Of a DNA stretch of 64,000 bases, positions 60,553 through 64,000 are shown piece after piece. The DNA lies in contig JBHGNT010000021.1 of NCBI GenBank assembly GCA_043228905.1, forward strand, positions 8,308,001-8,372,000, in the 5' to 3' direction. The notes under the pieces were generated by a model. The model had not been told where the DNA came from, did no database searches, and saw only the letters and a list, made by a program, of their open reading frames with translations. Origin of the DNA: Azolla caroliniana. Lineage: Eukaryota > Plantae > Polypodiophyta. Both the position numbers and the translations under genes were made by a program. Position 1 is the first letter of the stretch. Each line of letters begins with the position of its first letter.

Positions 60553-60997
60553 TGTTGTTCGGTCAACAATTGCTATTTTGCCGACACAGTATAAGACGAA
60601 CGTTCGTACCGAACGTTCTATCAAGAAGTTGTGGTTAAACGAATAGATACGAATTATCTGTAAACTTATCGGTGATAACAGACACCGAGATCGTGACTTA
60701 TGTAATATAGTTTAGACAGAAAGAACTAGATGGCAAGAAGCAATCCGTACACAAAGATTTCCTAACAAAACTTTATATTACTAAATACAACGATAGATTT
60801 TGACAATGCCTTCGGTTCCTTTTATAGGTAACCCGAAGGTCTTTTCTCATCAAGAAATCCTACTGTCTATAATTAACAAGAATTACAAAACTTCGTAACT
60901 AACTATGTCCTATTCGGCTATCTACTGAGTCATCGATCCAAATTGTCGATCCGACTCCGACTCCGATTCCGCCGCATCCATACTTGTCCGGGTAACA
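60553..60997 (-). repeat. 5' LTR of Gypsy E2
   Basis: Direct repeat of 40308-40770, followed by TSD ACTAT. Confidence 0.92.
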
Positions 60998-61380
60998 ACT
61001 ATTAATATGAATGAAGGCATTGTAGTTGTTGGAAGTAATCGCGGTTTTAGAGGTCCACTTGATTCACCATCACCAAAAGCTTCAACGCTCCATTGTCATA
61101 GACATATGCCACGGAGGAAGGTAGGGATTGAACCTAAGACCTCATGGTCTCTATTGGGCAACGCCGAGTAAAATTATTCCGCCAAATCTGAAAAAGTTCC
61201 TTCCTAATGGGTTTCCAGAAAGAAGATTGTTTTTTTATTTTTCCGAAAGGGGCCTGAATCCCCAACTCGTTAAATAGCTAAACCGGGGTCTTCCTTGCAA
61301 AAAGTGATCAAGATTCTTTGATAATCGATGTTGGACGGGTTTCAAACTCTTCTCTCTACCAATAATCGATTGCTTCTTCT

Positions 61381-64000
61381 TGTCACAAATCCAACTTCAT
61401 GTAGTGTAGATTGAACATTGGAAGTTTCTAGCTTGCACATAGTCTCATGCATCCTCATGCATACACTATTTCTAACTGGCTTACATAGCCCTACCTTCTT
61501 GTATAAATACTCAGGTGCACCTTGATTCTAATCAAGGTGAACAACACCAGTTACGGATTCTATAAGTTGAGTTCTTGTTCTTTTCCTCTCTCTTGTGTTC
61601 TAGTGTTGTCTTTGCTTTGCTCTATTATACTTGTCCATAACAGTTTGATCACCTTCCCTCTTCTTGCTACCATGTCTGGCTCCGTCGACAACCTAAACCA
61701 AATCATGACAGCCTTGCAACAACTTTAGCTAAAGAATGAAATCCTTTGGAAATCATTACGAGAGTTGCAATCCGGAACTTCAAGAAATCCACCACCCGCC
61801 GAATCACAACCACCGTTGGCACATAGCCCGACCACGTCCTCGAACCAACCTTTAGCCTACCGGAAAAATTCAACGACACGAGGCCGTATCTTCACGGCTT
61901 CATCAACCAAATTCGGCTTATCATCCAGTTACAACCCCAACAATATGCTAACGACTTTTCTTGGGTTGGGCTTGTCGGCACGCTTCTCTCCGGGCCGGTG
62001 CAAGCGTGGTTTGCACCCTTGATCGAGAAATCATCCCCTCTCTTAGAAAACTTCACCGCTTTCATTGAGGAGCTCGAAGCGACATTTGGCGAGATAGACC
62101 GACGACGAATGACAGTCACAAAGCTTTATTCTTTCCAACAAGGCTCACGTCCAGGTTCGGTCTACGCCTCAGAGTTCCATCAGATTGCTTGCGACGTGAG
62201 TTGGGATGACCAAGCCCTATGCGACCATTTCCGTTGCGACCTCCGAAACGACGTCAAGACCCTTCTCTTAAACTTCATGGAGCCCAGATCATTGTCTCAA
62301 GTAATCTCCCAAAGTGTCTAGTGTGACAATCGTCTCTTCAAACTTCGTCAAGAAGAACGGGGGACTCGTGGGTCTCAAGCTTCTTCCCGAAACGCATCAA
62401 TCGCTAGGTCCTACTTGTCTCCCACGCCAACCTTACCATCACCCAATGATAACCATACCACGATGGAGGTCGATTTCCATATCCTGATGGAGATCGACCA
62501 CGCTTGGTTCCAACCACTGAAGCCCAATGCCAACATCGTCGGGACAATGGACTTTGTCTCTATTGTAAACGTGGCAACCCCGACCATGTCATCCGGCACT
62601 GCCAGGTGCGGGGCCGACGACAAACAATTCTTTTAATGTCCTCAAAGCAACTTTTCTCTCCGCCCCCATGTTAGTCCACCCCAACCCCACCCACCCTTTC
62701 CATGTTGAAACTGACGCCGCCGACTTTGCCATAGGTGCGGTCTTGTCTCAATTCGACGACGATGGCACCCTACATTCGGTCGCCTTCTACTCTCGGAAGT
62801 TTACAGCCTTGGAAATCAATTATCTGGTCTACAACAAGGAGCTTGCAGCTATCATCTCGGCCTTCGCCGAATGGCGACCCTATCTGGTTGGGACCCAACA
62901 TCGTATTCAGGTGCTGACCGACCACAAGAATCTCATCTACTTCACCACCACTCATACGTTGAATCAGAGGCAGGCTCGTTGGTCATCTTTTCTCACCGAC
63001 TATGACTTAGAAATCTTGTTTCGACCCGAGGTTCAACATGGGAAAGCGGATGCTCTCTCTCGGCGACCCGATTTTGCAATACGCCCAGGTGATGACGCAT
63101 ATTCTCAGCAATGGTATTGTTTATTGTGGCCCGATCAACTCCACATGTTCGCAACCTATATGTTGCATGATGATTCCTTGGTCAATGAGATCGCCCAAGC
63201 AACTACGTCAGACCCTTTCGTTACTGACATCATGGCGTGCCTTAACAACCCATCCCAAGAGATGCAAAGCTTCGATCTTAGTTGCTTTACAACTCAGGAT
63301 GGGCTACTCTATGTAATCACCTCCTTTACGTACCAGCTGGCACATGTCGCATCCGAGTATTACAAACTTGCCACGATTATCCTCTTGTTAGATACTTTGG
63401 GTTCGCAAAAATGTTGGCGTTGATGCCTCAGGGGTTTTGGTGGCCCCAACCTTGGAAATTGGTCAAAGAATTTATCAAAACTTGTGACGTTTGTGCTCAC
63501 TCCAAAGGGGCTCACCATCGTCCATACGACCTTCTACACCCACTTCCAATTCCCAGTCGACCTTGGGCATCTTTTTCCATGGACTTTATCACCGACCTTC
63601 CTTGGGTTGGTGACCATTTCGGGGGAGGAGACGGGCTAGTGATCGTCGATCGGTTTTCAAAGATGGCTCACTTTGTCCATGTTCGAAAACCATTTCGGAG
63701 GGAGGAGATGGCTAACCTTTTTCTGAAAAATGTCATATGATTACACGGCTTCCCTGAGGATGTCACTTTTGATCGAGGTCCTCAATTTATCTCCCACTTC
63801 TGGCGCCAACTTCTACAAACATTCGGGACTTCTGTGAACTTGTCTACCGCGCACCACCCTGAAACGGTGGTAAACCAAAAGAGTCAACCAAGTCCTCGAA
63901 CAATGCCTCCGGGGTACAGTCAGCTACCAACAAGATGATTGGGTGGACTTCCTTGCCATCGTAGAATTTGCCTACAATAATAGTATCCATGCCTCAACTA
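61381..64000 (+). mobile_element. Chromovirus-type Ty3/Gypsy element, degenerate, PR-RT deleted, runs off the window
   Basis: 5' LTR 61381-61642 (TG..CA, TATA at 61502). Gag homologous to Z gag (AWFAPLIEK.SPLLE) joins directly at ~62630 to RNase H (VETDAAD, YNKELAA, DHKNL) and INT (SMDFITDLP, VDRFSKMAHF). Confidence 0.85.

Larger units (their letters stand above)
40308..60997 (-). mobile_element. Non-chromoviral Ty3/Gypsy element E2 (same lineage as E1, different LTR) with 3' extra ORF
   Basis: LTRs at 40308-40770 and 60553-60997 (18-bp indel); TSD ACTAT; tRNA-Arg PBS TGGCACGCCTG (complement ~60237-60247). Disrupted gag-pol 54895-60200 is clearly homologous to E1. Confidence 0.93.

Overview
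Eukaryotic, land-plant genomic DNA. The retrotransposon types suggest a non-seed plant, but that is inference. A single host gene is present: a 10-exon mitochondrial TIM50 at 25590-29943 (+), whose last intron appears to be GC-AG. It sits between two stacks of nested LTR retrotransposons that can be resolved from LTR pairs and 5-bp target-site duplications (TSDs). Left stack: Copia X1 > Copia Y > non-chromoviral Gypsy E1 (2103-17601) > an intact, very young Tnt1-like Copia (4183-9623). Right stack: non-chromoviral Gypsy E2 (40308-60997) > Copia X2 > self-priming chromovirus Z. There is also a non-autonomous hAT-type element and further fragments. The most unusual observation concerns E1 and E2, which have unrelated LTRs. 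Neither has a polypurine tract (PPT). Instead, 2 nt from the 3' LTR, each carries a conserved 41-nt structured mimic of the tRNA-Arg(UCU) 3' end (T-stem, a hairpin inserted in the T-loop, and acceptor strand ending CCA). E2 also contains a 58-nt genomic copy of its tRNA-Arg primer, and both carry a long homologous extra ORF. All coordinates were read by eye; no database search was run.
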